The translations under genes and the position numbers were made by a program. A model generated the notes under the pieces. It searched no databases. It saw only the letters and a program-made list of their open reading frames with translations, and was not told the origin of the DNA. A DNA stretch of 64,000 bases from NCBI GenBank assembly GCA_041660565.1, contig JBAZWC010000001.1:302481-366480 (forward strand), given 5' to 3'. This document shows, in pieces, positions 63,971 through 64,000 of this stretch. The DNA comes from Patescibacteria group bacterium (GTDB taxonomy: Bacteria > Patescibacteriota > UBA1384 > CAJBMM01). How positions within the stretch are numbered: position 1 is the first letter of the stretch; each line of letters starts with the position of its first letter.

Positions 63971-64000
63971 GGGATTTCTATTAGAAACTAAGGATTTTCT

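Noticed and set aside
1-64000. rRNA genes, RNase P RNA, tmRNA or riboswitches
   Set aside because: Scanning for conserved cores (for example 16S/23S motifs, the tmRNA tag region, T-box or SAM motifs) found nothing convincing. Absence cannot be proven without covariance-model searches.

Overview
The window is a 64-kb bacterial chromosomal segment of moderate-to-low GC (native genes look about 40-48% GC by eye). Most genes are on the minus strand. A short IF-2, Obg without the C-terminal extension, a truncated SufD/TsaB, DUF4012, giant LamG and Ig/FN3 surface proteins, and a GyrA with a lysine-rich tail suggest a reduced-genome, possibly CPR/Saccharibacteria-like organism; this is inference. 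Core genes seen: LysM-CHAP hydrolase-obg-NYN operon, infB, gyrA, gyrB, a polysaccharide locus (DUF4012, Wzz-like, GT4, sugar transferase), fdx, nifS-like, a suf operon (rrf2-sufC-sufB-sufD-sufS-sufU-sufT), tsaE/tsaB, queA, two tRNA-CAT, tRNA-Lys, lepA, murJ, ftsH, two glycosyltransferases, rplY, thrS and glyA. Accessory content: a frameshifted Fic module flanked by a 46-bp duplication of a neighbouring gene end, a Doc toxin with an overlapping small upstream ORF, a BRO-N/DinD-like gene, and a 6.9-kb gene for a 2284-aa multi-LamG surface protein. Two things are unusual. First, there is an extraordinary load of small palindromic repeat families. Several copies sit in frame inside coding sequences (glyA, the giant LamG gene, a membrane protein, tsaE) or supply C-terminal tails and stop codons (KLDKLD). 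Eight long imperfect palindromes built from telomere-like TTAGGG/CCCTAA units, all with the G-rich G-quadruplex-capable arm on the + strand, occupy every intergenic space from 47.4 to 57.1 kb and one at 42.7 kb. Second, there are at least five GC-rich (roughly 52-65%) mini-islands of small genes. Each gene has its own AT-rich sigma70-like promoter, a strong GGAGG ribosome-binding site and a GC-rich hairpin terminator. Regulatory flanks are conserved between neighbouring cassettes while the ORFs diverge. The islands lie next to repeat clusters.
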